From the NCBI GenBank assembly GCA_964362365.1, contig CAYIEF010000005.1, positions 1 through 47,844 on the forward strand: a DNA stretch of 47,844 nucleotides, in the 5' to 3' direction. A program made the translations under genes and the position numbers. The stretch comes from an uncultured Methanosarcinales archaeon. GTDB taxonomy: Archaea; Nanobdellota; Nanobdellia; Woesearchaeales; GW2011-AR9. The notes beneath the pieces are model-generated. The model was given only the letters and a program-made list of their open reading frames with translations, had not been told where the DNA came from and searched no databases. This document shows, in pieces, positions 34,820 through 44,421 of this stretch (positions within the stretch are counted from its first letter, which is position 1; each line of letters starts with the position of its first letter).

Positions 34820-37135
34820 ATGGATCTTAAAAAATTAATGTCTTTGCTTGTACTTTTTTCTTTTCTATTAATCATTCCTAGCGCTATCGGTGCGCTTAAA
34901 ACATTTCATGTGCAAGAAAATGATCTGGTAACCATTTCTCCGGAAGTTTTAGACCCAGATAATGATCAAGTATCCTACTCTTACTCCCCTCCTTTGGATG
35001 AGCATGGCCGATGGCAGACTGGATATAACGACGCGGGGAGATATACTTTGAAAATCACTGCTTTTGATGGCGTACATGAAACAACCAAGGAAATCATGTT
35101 GGTTGTTGAAAATAAAAATCAACCGCCTTATCTAACCGAAAAGAAAATAACAGTAAAAGAATTGCAACACCTTGACTTAAAGCAATTTGCTGCTGATCCA
35201 GATCATGATCCTTTAGAATATGTTTTTACTGATCCTTTTGATAAAGCAGGGTTATGGGCACCTAACTATGATGACCAAGGAACTTTTGTCGCAAAGTTTA
35301 GTGTAAGGGATGGGGATTTTACTGTTCCCGTGCGTATGGAAGTAGAAGTTCTTAACACTAATCAGCCGCCAACTATAAAAAGCTCTTTTTCAGATAAAGA
35401 AGAAGTATCTGTAAAAGAGAATGAAGAACTTTCTTTTTATGTGGAAGCGGAAGATGGAGATGAAGATCAACTTTCCTATTCCTGGACTTTAAACGGACAG
35501 CCTTTATCGAAAGAAAAACAAGGAGAGCATTTCTTTGATTTTGATAATGCTGGAAGATATAAATTAGCTTTAACCGTAAATGATGGGAATCATCAAGTTG
35601 AACAAAAATGGGTTATTCAAGTAGAAAACGTAAATCGTAAACCAAAAGTAGAAGTATCCCCGCTTTCCGTAAAAGAAGGAGAAGTAGTTACCCTCCTGCT
35701 TCCAGAAAAGGATGCTGACGAAGAGGCATTAACCTACACCTTTGATGAAAAGTTTGATGCAGCAGGAAACTGGCAGACCACCTACGATGACGCTGGAACA
35801 CACTTTATCTCTTATCAAGTTTCTGATGGAAAGGAAGAAGTAAAAGGAAAAGTTGAAGTTACGGTGGTTAATGTTGATCGCGCTCCAGAATTGCGTATTC
35901 CTGAAAAAGTAGAAGTAAAAGAAGGAAAAAAATTGTCTTTTGTGGTTGAAGCAGTTGATCCAGATGGGGATGACGTAGAGATCTCTTTTGTCAATGCGCC
36001 GGAAGGAGCGTTGTTTGATTCAGAAACAAACTCATTTAGCTGGTCTCCATGGTATGATTATATCAAAAGAAGAGGGGGCATGTTCAGCAATATCCTTAAC
36101 GCGCTTCGGCTTGAACAAAAATTATTGCGAGAGAAAAAAGAAGTGTTAGAAGTAAAGGCGTGCAGTCAGGGACTTTGCTCCTCTGGAGTTATTCCCTTGG
36201 TAGTCTACAATTGCAACCAAGCTCCAGTTTTAGAGATACCATCTAATCTAACCGTAACTGAAGCAGAAGTATTGCAGCTACAGCCCAGCGCATACGATGC
36301 AGATGGTGATATAGTGCGATACTACTTTACTGAACCGGTACACAAAAGAAAAGGCGTATGGGAAACTGCCTATGAAGATGCCGGAGAATATACTATTTAT
36401 GTGACTGCGACTGACGGTGTTACCCCGCAGACTGTACCGGTTACAGTGAGAGTGTTGCAGAAGAACCGCCAACCAACTCTTGAGGTATCAAAGGACGAAT
36501 ATGTTTTACGAGAAGGAGAAGAGTTTGTTCTTCCTGTTGATGCATTTGATGTAGATAATGATTCATTATCTCTCTCCGTCGAAAACTTACCTGAAGGAGC
36601 TTCTTTCAAGAACAATACCTTGGTTTGGGCGCCAAATTACGATTTTACTTCCGCTAAAAAGCAGGATGATTCTGTTTTAAGCGAGGTTAGTTCTTTAGCG
36701 AAAGGCGGTGGTGATCATAAAAGAGAATATTGGATCAGTTTTATCGCTTCCGATAAAGAATTTGACGTAAATCATCCAGTTAAATTAGTGGTAAAGAACG
36801 TCAATCAAAAACCAGAGATAAAAAGCTTTACGCCAGCAGAGCATCTCACTTTATATCAAGGCCAGCCGCTTAATTTTTCAGTAGATGCATCTGATTCTGA
36901 CGGAGATGATCTTGCCTATGCTTGGACTTTTGAGCCAGGAGCAGAGGAAGTTATTGGCTCTAACACTGTTGAAAGAACGTTTGTAAAACCAGGTGAAAAG
37001 AAAGTGTCTGTCCTTGTCAGCGATGGAGAGTACGAAGTATCTCATCAATGGGCAGTAACAGTGGAGGAGCATCCCATGGCTGAAGCGATGGCCTTAGAAG
37101 AGCCTAAGTTTAGGGTGTATGTGATTGAAGATTAG
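34820..37135 (+). CDS. Secreted protein with tandem Ig/cadherin/PKD-like repeats
   Basis: Signal peptide and ~8 repeats containing DPDxD, WxTxYxDAGxY and NxxP motifs. Confidence 0.85.
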   Translation: MDLKKLMSLLVLFSFLLIIPSAIGALKTFHVQENDLVTISPEVLDPDNDQVSYSYSPPLDEHGRWQTGYNDAGRYTLKITAFDGVHETTKEIMLVVENKNQPPYLTEKKITVKELQHLDLKQFAADPDHDPLEYVFTDPFDKAGLWAPNYDDQGTFVAKFSVRDGDFTVPVRMEVEVLNTNQPPTIKSSFSDKEEVSVKENEELSFYVEAEDGDEDQLSYSWTLNGQPLSKEKQGEHFFDFDNAGRYKLALTVNDGNHQVEQKWVIQVENVNRKPKVEVSPLSVKEGEVVTLLLPEKDADEEALTYTFDEKFDAAGNWQTTYDDAGTHFISYQVSDGKEEVKGKVEVTVVNVDRAPELRIPEKVEVKEGKKLSFVVEAVDPDGDDVEISFVNAPEGALFDSETNSFSWSPWYDYIKRRGGMFSNILNALRLEQKLLREKKEVLEVKACSQGLCSSGVIPLVVYNCNQAPVLEIPSNLTVTEAEVLQLQPSAYDADGDIVRYYFTEPVHKRKGVWETAYEDAGEYTIYVTATDGVTPQTVPVTVRVLQKNRQPTLEVSKDEYVLREGEEFVLPVDAFDVDNDSLSLSVENLPEGASFKNNTLVWAPNYDFTSAKKQDDSVLSEVSSLAKGGGDHKREYWISFIASDKEFDVNHPVKLVVKNVNQKPEIKSFTPAEHLTLYQGQPLNFSVDASDSDGDDLAYAWTFEPGAEEVIGSNTVERTFVKPGEKKVSVLVSDGEYEVSHQWAVTVEEHPMAEAMALEEPKFRVYVIED

Positions 37136-38711
37136 CATCTTCACACTTCTTCTCACAAATATTTACTTTAATATAATATTCTGGTTCTAAAGGGATAGAA
37201 CTCCCCCGCAAAGGAATAAATTTGATGGTATCTCTTCCTTCAAATTCTTCAAGAACGACTTTATGCGGCGTATACCTTGCTAAAAAATAGAATAATCTGC
37301 TCATGTTGGGATGAATTCTAATGCAGCCATGGGATGCTCCTCCATATTCAACACTACTTGGCCAAGCAGTAAGATGGATCCCATACCCTTCATATCCATC
37401 TTGTATGCTGCTGAAGGGTTTTTTTTGCGGCTTATTATTATTGTATAATGGCGCTAGTATCATCCCAAAAGCGTTGTATGGCCCTGGAAGTTTTTCTTCC
37501 TCTTTGACTTCTTCTTGTTCTTCAACTTCTTTTTTGGGATTCCAGAAAGGCATTAAAAGGATATTCTTCATGTAGAACACTCCTTCTGGTGTCTTATATT
37601 CTCTTTTTCTGCCGGTTTTTTTGTTTTTAACATCACCACCGGCTACAGCTTTAGTTTGATAAATCTCTCTTCTCTTTTCATTTTCGACAACAAAAAGGCG
37701 CAGTTTTGATTTGGTGCGGTCTTTTGGCCACTTTTCTACCTCTACTTCCAACTTCATGGAATCTTGCTGATATAGTTCAGGGATTTCCAAGTAAACTGTA
37801 GCGGTATCCAGTGGTTTTGAGAGAAAATTTTGTACGCCTTGAAGGGTGTTTAATCCTAATTGTTCCAAGGTACTATCCACCAATTTCTCTAATTCCTTCT
37901 GTTCAATCACATACGGATATCGTCCATTACATTTAGCATGAAAAACTCGTTCCTCTAAAACTCTTCGCACCCCGCCGAAAGCATATTCTTCAAAATCTTT
38001 ATTCAATAACTGTCGGGTGAAGAAATTGATTTTTCCTTCGATTTTCTGGTTATAACGCAAGTATTGCTGATGAAAGCGCTGGTACTCCATGACTGCAGCA
38101 GCCGTTTGGTCATTGTAAATTCCATCGATTTCTACGTAGTAAAATCCTTCCCACCGCAATATCTTTTGGACATTTTGTATGATTTGCACGTATGCCGACA
38201 AGGTTTCCAGTTCTTTTTTGGCTTTTTTTATTTCCTTTTCTGGTAGTTTGTTGTCTTTAATTTGTTGTTTTAAGGAAGAAATTTTCTTCACTGTTTTTCC
38301 CGTCGTATAGGATATAAATTTATTTTCAATTTTTGGTTGTTTTTCATTCCCTCTTGATTTCATTGCTTTCATATAATGTTCAAATGGTTTTTGATGATGA
38401 GTAAAACTGGAGAAAATACCGAAGCGTTCTCGTTGGAGGGGATTTTGCAAAATGCCTTCAGTGTTAAAGTATTGTGGAGCATCTCTGGACAAAGACAATA
38501 ATTCTGGAATAAAACGATTAGAGAGGTCAATTGTGCAAGCTATTCCTCTTGGCTGTACTTTTTCTTCAATTTTCTCGGATGGTTTTTGCTCTTCAGTTTT
38601 AGGAATTTTAATCTCAATGCGAGGGATTGGCAGCTGTTCTAGCGTCTGAAGTTTTTCATCCTGGCAGCCAGTGATGAGAGCACTAAGAAAAAGCAGCTCT
38701 TTTTTATTCAT
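37110..38711 (-). CDS. L,D-transpeptidase (YkuD) family lipoprotein with a peptidoglycan-binding domain
   Basis: Lipobox ITGC. PG-binding-1-like VQKILRWEGFYYVEIDGIYNDQTAAAVMEYQR. YkuD motifs KTPEGVF, PGPYNAFG and YGIH-x13-SHGCIR. Confidence 0.88.
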   Translation of the reverse strand: MNKKELLFLSALITGCQDEKLQTLEQLPIPRIEIKIPKTEEQKPSEKIEEKVQPRGIACTIDLSNRFIPELLSLSRDAPQYFNTEGILQNPLQRERFGIFSSFTHHQKPFEHYMKAMKSRGNEKQPKIENKFISYTTGKTVKKISSLKQQIKDNKLPEKEIKKAKKELETLSAYVQIIQNVQKILRWEGFYYVEIDGIYNDQTAAAVMEYQRFHQQYLRYNQKIEGKINFFTRQLLNKDFEEYAFGGVRRVLEERVFHAKCNGRYPYVIEQKELEKLVDSTLEQLGLNTLQGVQNFLSKPLDTATVYLEIPELYQQDSMKLEVEVEKWPKDRTKSKLRLFVVENEKRREIYQTKAVAGGDVKNKKTGRKREYKTPEGVFYMKNILLMPFWNPKKEVEEQEEVKEEEKLPGPYNAFGMILAPLYNNNKPQKKPFSSIQDGYEGYGIHLTAWPSSVEYGGASHGCIRIHPNMSRLFYFLARYTPHKVVLEEFEGRDTIKFIPLRGSSIPLEPEYYIKVNICEKKCEDANLQSHTP

Positions 38712-38741
38712 ATTAGTATTAATTTTTCAAAGTTTATTAAG

Positions 38742-38795
38742 ATTATCTTGTAAGATAATACACAAGGTTTATATATCACATGATATTTTTATCAT
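38742..38795. promoter_or_regulatory. Palindromic operators and TATA box of the copper operon
   Basis: ATTATCTT-GT-AAGATAAT (38742-38759), TATA tttatata (38768-38775), ATATCA-CA-TGATAT (38773-38786) and ATGATA-TTTT-TATCAT (38780-38795), directly before the ArsR ATG. Confidence 0.6.
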
Positions 38796-38798
38796 ATA

Positions 38799-39119
38799 AT
38801 GAAACATTCCCTAGAAACATATCAATTTTTTTTCGGCGCTTTGGCAAATCCTAATAGATTGCAGATAATCAACGTATTACGGCAGGGGAAAAAGAATGTG
38901 GGAGAAATCTGCGAGGCTACAGGATTCGAGCAGACTATGGTTTCGCATAATCTTAAAGTATTAGGATATCATGGAATGGTTTTTATGGAGAAAGACGGCA
39001 AATTCAGATATTACGCTGTAAACAAAAAGACCATAAAACCTTTGTTGGAATTCATCGATGCGCACATGGAAGAATATTGCTGTAAATTGTTAGAGGAAAA
39101 AAATGAAGGAAAAAAATAG
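38799..39119 (+). CDS. ArsR/SmtB-family metalloregulator
   Basis: FGALANPNRLQII...VGEICEATGFEQTMVSHNLKVL pattern. C-terminal H...CC metal ligands. Confidence 0.93.
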   Translation: MKHSLETYQFFFGALANPNRLQIINVLRQGKKNVGEICEATGFEQTMVSHNLKVLGYHGMVFMEKDGKFRYYAVNKKTIKPLLEFIDAHMEEYCCKLLEEKNEGKK

Positions 39120-39720
39120 AACGTTATCGGAGAATAAAGTAGAGGAGAATATAGCATTCTTTGACCGCTGGGCTAGAACATATGATAAGCCATTATTCCA
39201 ATTCTGGATGCAAAAATTCTATCGCCCTGCCTTAAAAATAATTGACGGAGGCAAAGTTCTTGACGTCAGTTGCGGAACCGGAGAATTTTTACGCAAATTG
39301 GCTACAAAAAAGAAAACTGAACTGTATGGTACTGATATCTCTTCTCAGATGATTGCGAAAGCACAGAAGAAACTAGGTAACCATGTCCAGCTAAAAAAAG
39401 CTGACGTTCATAATTTGCCATTTCAGGATAACTATTTTGATTATGTAGTAAGCACCGAAGCTTTTCATCATTATTATGACCAACAGAGAGCTCTTCAAGA
39501 GATGAAAAGAGTTCTACGGAAAGGCGGTAAGGCCATTATTATTGATGTTAATTTCTTTTTGCGGCCAATCCATTGGCTGTTTGAAAAACTTGAACCAGGG
39601 TGTGTTAAAATTAATAGTCGGAAAGAAATGAAATCTCTTTTTCAGGGATCAGGATTACATAATATTATTCAACATAGAAGTTTTATTTTTTCCGTTCTGA
39701 CAATGGGGGTTAAATCATGA
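39103..39720 (+). CDS. Class I SAM-dependent methyltransferase (UbiE-like)
   Basis: [18 protein letters not shown] and [10 protein letters not shown] motifs. Confidence 0.92.
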   Translation: MKEKNRTLSENKVEENIAFFDRWARTYDKPLFQFWMQKFYRPALKIIDGGKVLDVSCGTGEFLRKLATKKKTELYGTDISSQMIAKAQKKLGNHVQLKKADVHNLPFQDNYFDYVVSTEAFHHYYDQQRALQEMKRVLRKGGKAIIIDVNFFLRPIHWLFEKLEPGCVKINSRKEMKSLFQGSGLHNIIQHRSFIFSVLTMGVKS

Positions 39721-41930
39721 TCCAAAAAACACCAAAATTGCAAACGTCGACTCTCAAGATTTCCGGCATGCACTGCGCCAGCTGTAGCACTATTTTAACT
39801 AGAGCCTTGCAGAAAGTGGATGGTGTAAAAGCTGCGGTAGTAAATTATTCCACGGAGAAAGGCACCATTACTTATAACCCTAAACAAACCAATGAGCAAA
39901 TGCTAGTTCAAGCAGTGCAGAAGAAAGGCTACGGTGCAGAAGTTCTGGGTGAGGAAAGTTATGCGCGTGAGGAAAAATTACGACAACAAGAAATTCAAAA
40001 ATTGAAAAGGAAAGTAATCATTAGTTCTGCGCTGTCTTTACCGGCTTTAATTATCAGTATGTTTATTATGGGTCTTTCTTACAAAGATTATTTTCTGTGG
40101 ATTTTAACTACCCCTGTTCAATTTTACATTGGATGGCCGTTCTATCAGGGCACTTGGGCGGCATTGAAAAACAAATCTGCCAACATGGATTCTTTGATAG
40201 CGATTGGAACTAGCGCAGCATACTTTTATTCCATGTATGTTATCCTATTTACTTCTGGAAACCACCTCTATTTTGAAATATCTGCTATTTTAATTACGTT
40301 AGTTTTATTGGGAAAATATCTGGAAGCAGTAGCCAAAGGAAAAACCAGTCAGGCTATCGCTAAATTAGTAAAGATGGGCGCCAAAACAGCTACAGTTATT
40401 CGTAAGGGAAAAGAAATGAAAATTCCCATTGAGCAAGTAGTGGCAGGGGATATAGTTATTGTTAAACCGGGAGAAAAGGTTCCTGTTGATGGGGTTGTTC
40501 TGGAAGGACACTCCTCTGTGGACGAAAGTTTGGTAACTGGAGAAAGTATTCCAGTAGAGAAGAAAAAAGGAGATGCAGTTATAGGGTCAACCATAAACAA
40601 GCAGGGAATGTTTCAGTTTAAAGCCACCAAGGTTGGCAGCGAAACTACCTTAGCGCGGATTGTTAAATTAATTGAAGATGCTCAGGGAAAAAAAGCGCCA
40701 ATTCAACGGTTTGCTGATACGGTTTCTGCGTACTTTGTGCCTATTGTAATTGGCATCGCTTTAACTACTTTTTTAGTTTGGTTTTTCCTTGCAGGAGCAG
40801 AGCTGGAATTTGCCCTGATTGCCGCGGTTGCGGTGTTAGTGATAGCCTGCCCCTGCGCTTTAGGATTAGCGACCCCAACGTCGATCATGGTAGGAACGGG
40901 AAAAGGAGCCACGCAGGGAATTCTAATTAAGGGCGGCGATGTGTTAGAAGCTGCGCACAAGCTGAAATTTGTGGTCTTTGATAAAACAGGCACTATAACA
41001 AAAGGAAAGCCGGAAGTAACTGAAGTAGTTCCAGGCAAAGGCGTGGCTGAAAGAAAAGTATTGGAAATTGCTGTTAGTTTAGAGAAAGGTTCCGAGCATC
41101 CCTTAGCCGAAGCAATTGTCCAGGAAGCTAAAAATAAAAAAATTACTCCGAAAAAAGCTGCTCATTTTCAAGCCTTAGTCGGAAGAGGGGTGAAAGGAAA
41201 ACTTGGTTCGCAAGAATATTATTTGGGGAACGTAAAACTGATGAAAGAAAAAAAAATACCGCTCGCTTCAGTCTTGACCATGCTTGAAAAGTTGGAAAAT
41301 GAAGGAAAAACGGTCATGATTCTTGCAGAAAGGAAAAGAGTTTTAGGATTAATAGCTGTTGCCGACGAAATTAAAGAGGATTCCCCGAATGCGGTTGCGG
41401 TACTAAAAACGATGGGCATCATTCCATACATGATCACTGGCGATAATAAGAGAACGGCGCAAGCAATTGCCAAAAAAGTGGGAATTGAGAAATTCTTCGC
41501 TGAAGTTCTCCCGGATGAAAAGGTTGCCTATGTGAAGGAGCTGCAAAAGAAAGGAAAAACAGCCATGGTCGGTGACGGCATCAACGATGCACCTGCCTTA
41601 GCGCAAGCTGACATAGGCATCGCTATGGGATCAGGAACTGATGTGGCCATGGAAACGGGCAATATTGTCCTGATGAAAAATAGCCTGCTGGACGTTCCAC
41701 GCGCCATTAAGTTAAGCAAGATGACCATGAATAAAATAAAGCAAAATTTCTTCTGGGCATTAATCTATAACATTTTAGGGATTCCTATTGCTGCCGGTGT
41801 ATTGTATCCGTTTACGGGATGGTTATTAAGCCCCATCATTGCTGGTGGAGCAATGGCCATGAGTTCAGTAAGCGTGGTCACCAATTCGTTATTGTTACGG
41901 AGAAAATCTTTAAAACTGAAGAAGATTTGA
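39717..41930 (+). CDS. copA: Cu(I)-exporting P1B-type ATPase
   Basis: N-terminal [43 protein letters not shown], and YN and MxxSS copper ligands. Confidence 0.97.
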   Translation: MIQKTPKLQTSTLKISGMHCASCSTILTRALQKVDGVKAAVVNYSTEKGTITYNPKQTNEQMLVQAVQKKGYGAEVLGEESYAREEKLRQQEIQKLKRKVIISSALSLPALIISMFIMGLSYKDYFLWILTTPVQFYIGWPFYQGTWAALKNKSANMDSLIAIGTSAAYFYSMYVILFTSGNHLYFEISAILITLVLLGKYLEAVAKGKTSQAIAKLVKMGAKTATVIRKGKEMKIPIEQVVAGDIVIVKPGEKVPVDGVVLEGHSSVDESLVTGESIPVEKKKGDAVIGSTINKQGMFQFKATKVGSETTLARIVKLIEDAQGKKAPIQRFADTVSAYFVPIVIGIALTTFLVWFFLAGAELEFALIAAVAVLVIACPCALGLATPTSIMVGTGKGATQGILIKGGDVLEAAHKLKFVVFDKTGTITKGKPEVTEVVPGKGVAERKVLEIAVSLEKGSEHPLAEAIVQEAKNKKITPKKAAHFQALVGRGVKGKLGSQEYYLGNVKLMKEKKIPLASVLTMLEKLENEGKTVMILAERKRVLGLIAVADEIKEDSPNAVAVLKTMGIIPYMITGDNKRTAQAIAKKVGIEKFFAEVLPDEKVAYVKELQKKGKTAMVGDGINDAPALAQADIGIAMGSGTDVAMETGNIVLMKNSLLDVPRAIKLSKMTMNKIKQNFFWALIYNILGIPIAAGVLYPFTGWLLSPIIAGGAMAMSSVSVVTNSLLLRRKSLKLKKI

Positions 41931-41952
41931 GTGGATATCGGTGCGGTAAAAC

Positions 41953-43338
41953 ATGAAAAAACTTAACCTTAAAGTTCAGGGAATGACCTGTTCCAGCTGC
42001 GAAGTATTGATAGAACGAAACCTGAAGAAAGTTTCCGGCGTGGAGAATGTTAAAGTCAGCCGGGCGAAAGAGCAGGCAGAAGTGGAATGTTCCGATACTG
42101 TTAAATTGGAAGAATTGCAGGCAGCAGTACAGGAAAAAGGATATACGCTGTTTGCTTCAAATGATCCTATAGAAAATCCTCCTAAGAATTCTTTTATCAA
42201 TTCTTTCATCCTTAAAGATAAGGAAAGATATTCAGAAATAGGCGCAGCATTAGTAGTATTATTTGCAGCGTATTTCCTTTTAACTCAATTCGATCTCCTG
42301 CCAAAGAATTTCGGCGTCGCTGACAACATGAGTTATGGCTTTATTTTTGTGATCGGATTAGTAGCTGCCACTTCCACCTGCCTGGCAGTCGCTGGAGGAT
42401 TGTTGTTAGCAGTTTCCAGTAAATTTCACGAAAAAAATCCAGATCTAAACGGCTGGCAGAAATTCAAGCCGCACATCTATTTTAATGCGGGAAGAATTGC
42501 TTCTTACACTTTGCTGGGTGGAGCTATCGGCACGTTAGGTTCAGTATTGACTCTCTCTTCAAGCCTAATGGGAATAATTACTATTATCGCCAGCCTATTG
42601 ATGATGGTGATGGGATTACAATTGTTAGGCATATTCCCTTGGCTGAATAAAATCCAGATCAAGATGCCCAAGTTCATCGCGCATAAAGTGTATGATGCCA
42701 GCAATAACACCAGTAATCAAAAAGCAAGTAAAACTTCCTCCTTTCTCTTCGGCGCAGCAACTTTCTTCCTGCCCTGCGGCTTTACTCAAGCATTGCAGCT
42801 GTACGTGTTAGGAAAGGGAAGCTTTGTAGTCGGCGCATTAACTATGCTGGCCTTCTCTCTGGGTACATTGCCTTCGTTAGTTTCTGTCGGTGCATTTTCC
42901 AGCTTTGCCAAAGGAAATGTCAAGAAATATTTTATGACTTTTTCTGCGGTGTTGGTGATTGTTTTGGGAATTTTTAATCTATCTTCTGGCTTTAACCTTA
43001 CCGGAGCAGCTATTGTTTTGCCAGAGAGCGGAGATGATAAAGATAATCTTTTGAACCTAGTAGGAGATAAACAAGTCATTGACCTAATAGTTGATGGTCT
43101 GGATTATTATCCGGATAAATTTACCCTCAAGAAAGGAGTTCCAGTAGAATGGAATATTGACGGAAAAAATGCCCAAGGATGTGCCGGTATCATCAGTGTT
43201 CCAAAATTAGGGATTATTGAAAAACTTCCGCGTGACAGTATTAAAACCATTACTTTCACTCCAGAACAAACTGGTAAAATCACTTTTACTTGCGGAATGG
43301 GCATGGCTGGCCCTGGAACATTTGAGGTAGTGGCATGA
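41953..43338 (+). CDS. HMA + DsbD/TauE-like membrane domain + cupredoxin-like domain protein
   Basis: GMTCSSC; TCLAVAGG...GRIASY...FLPCGFTQ; C-terminal KKGVPVEW...GCA...FTCGMGM. Confidence 0.9.
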   Translation: MKKLNLKVQGMTCSSCEVLIERNLKKVSGVENVKVSRAKEQAEVECSDTVKLEELQAAVQEKGYTLFASNDPIENPPKNSFINSFILKDKERYSEIGAALVVLFAAYFLLTQFDLLPKNFGVADNMSYGFIFVIGLVAATSTCLAVAGGLLLAVSSKFHEKNPDLNGWQKFKPHIYFNAGRIASYTLLGGAIGTLGSVLTLSSSLMGIITIIASLLMMVMGLQLLGIFPWLNKIQIKMPKFIAHKVYDASNNTSNQKASKTSSFLFGAATFFLPCGFTQALQLYVLGKGSFVVGALTMLAFSLGTLPSLVSVGAFSSFAKGNVKKYFMTFSAVLVIVLGIFNLSSGFNLTGAAIVLPESGDDKDNLLNLVGDKQVIDLIVDGLDYYPDKFTLKKGVPVEWNIDGKNAQGCAGIISVPKLGIIEKLPRDSIKTITFTPEQTGKITFTCGMGMAGPGTFEVVA

Positions 43339-43550
43339 AGACCATCATAACCGTACAAGGAACGCACTGCAATTCCTGCAAAATGCTGATTGAAGAAGCT
43401 TGTTCTGAAATGCCGGGGATAAAATCCTGTACTGTCAATTTTAAGACTGGAAAAACAGTGATCGAACATGAAGGTAAATTGGATTTGAAGAAGCTGAAAA
43501 AAGAGATTGAAGGATTGGGGGAATATAAAGTAGTTACTGCTGGAGCTTGA
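43335..43550 (+). CDS. CopZ-like HMA metal chaperone
   Basis: GTHCNSC motif, 71 aa, ATGA overlap with the upstream gene. Confidence 0.9.
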   Translation: MKTIITVQGTHCNSCKMLIEEACSEMPGIKSCTVNFKTGKTVIEHEGKLDLKKLKKEIEGLGEYKVVTAGA

Positions 43551-44316
43551 AGTACTCTTCTAAGGTTGGCCCAACTATCTCTTCAGAAGCAACGTATAAT
43601 CTATCATCAGTTCCACACCTATATTTTCTATGCACCCCTTCTATCTTATGTTCGGGGGCTACAAAAGGCCCGCTACTCTGAGGAGCGTATCTGAAAAATA
43701 ATTCTTCAACTAACCCGGAAGGGCTAAAATGAGCAACTTTTCCGAATCCTAAACTGTTGCAGGCAGTAGCCTTGATTTGATAAGCATGAACAGAAGAATC
43801 TTTTCTAGTGTGGGAAACAGGCAGGACCATAGCTAAATCGGTTTTGGTTCCAACATCCAGGTCATAGTCTTCAGGAGTCATCACTGTAGCTTCTTCGTGA
43901 ATGAAATTAGCAGGCATATAGCGTGCAAAATTTTCTCGTACCTCTTGCATCTGTTCAGAAGTATGATTCGCATATCGAGAAACTCTGGTCATGGTTCCAT
44001 TCTTACCATCAAATACGAATGCTCCGTCCCTCTTCCTGTTTCTGGATAAGTAACTGGCAAAGAGATCATAATTGCTGGCTGGAGTAAACATGGGAGTAGA
44101 AAGATCGAGGATTATTTTTTCTTCTTTAAGGCGCCGCACTAAACTATCACCATCAGCAAGAATCAAGGCCCCGTAGGTCTGCTGATTCTCTTCTCCTTTT
44201 TCTATTGGCTTTCCTCTCGGACCTGCATACTGCCCATCTGTTATAAAAGGAAGATTTGGCCTTAAATTAGCATCTAAGTGATATCGGGATAGCCAACTAA
44301 ATAAGTCGTAAGCCAT
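43534..44316 (-). CDS. Divergent diadenylate cyclase (DisA_N/DAC)-fold protein
   Basis: Motifs in DAC order: GALIL, RDGAFVFD, then GTKTDLA in the position of GTRHRAA. Confidence 0.55.
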   Translation of the reverse strand: MAYDLFSWLSRYHLDANLRPNLPFITDGQYAGPRGKPIEKGEENQQTYGALILADGDSLVRRLKEEKIILDLSTPMFTPASNYDLFASYLSRNRKRDGAFVFDGKNGTMTRVSRYANHTSEQMQEVRENFARYMPANFIHEEATVMTPEDYDLDVGTKTDLAMVLPVSHTRKDSSVHAYQIKATACNSLGFGKVAHFSPSGLVEELFFRYAPQSSGPFVAPEHKIEGVHRKYRCGTDDRLYVASEEIVGPTLEEYFKLQQ

Positions 44317-44421
44317 ACCACCAGTATACCTTTTCCTATATTTATATGCTTTTAGCCTTAATTTTTTATTTTTAGTTAAAAAATACGTAATGTTTATTAA
44401 TAAATAAAAGGAAATAGCTAT

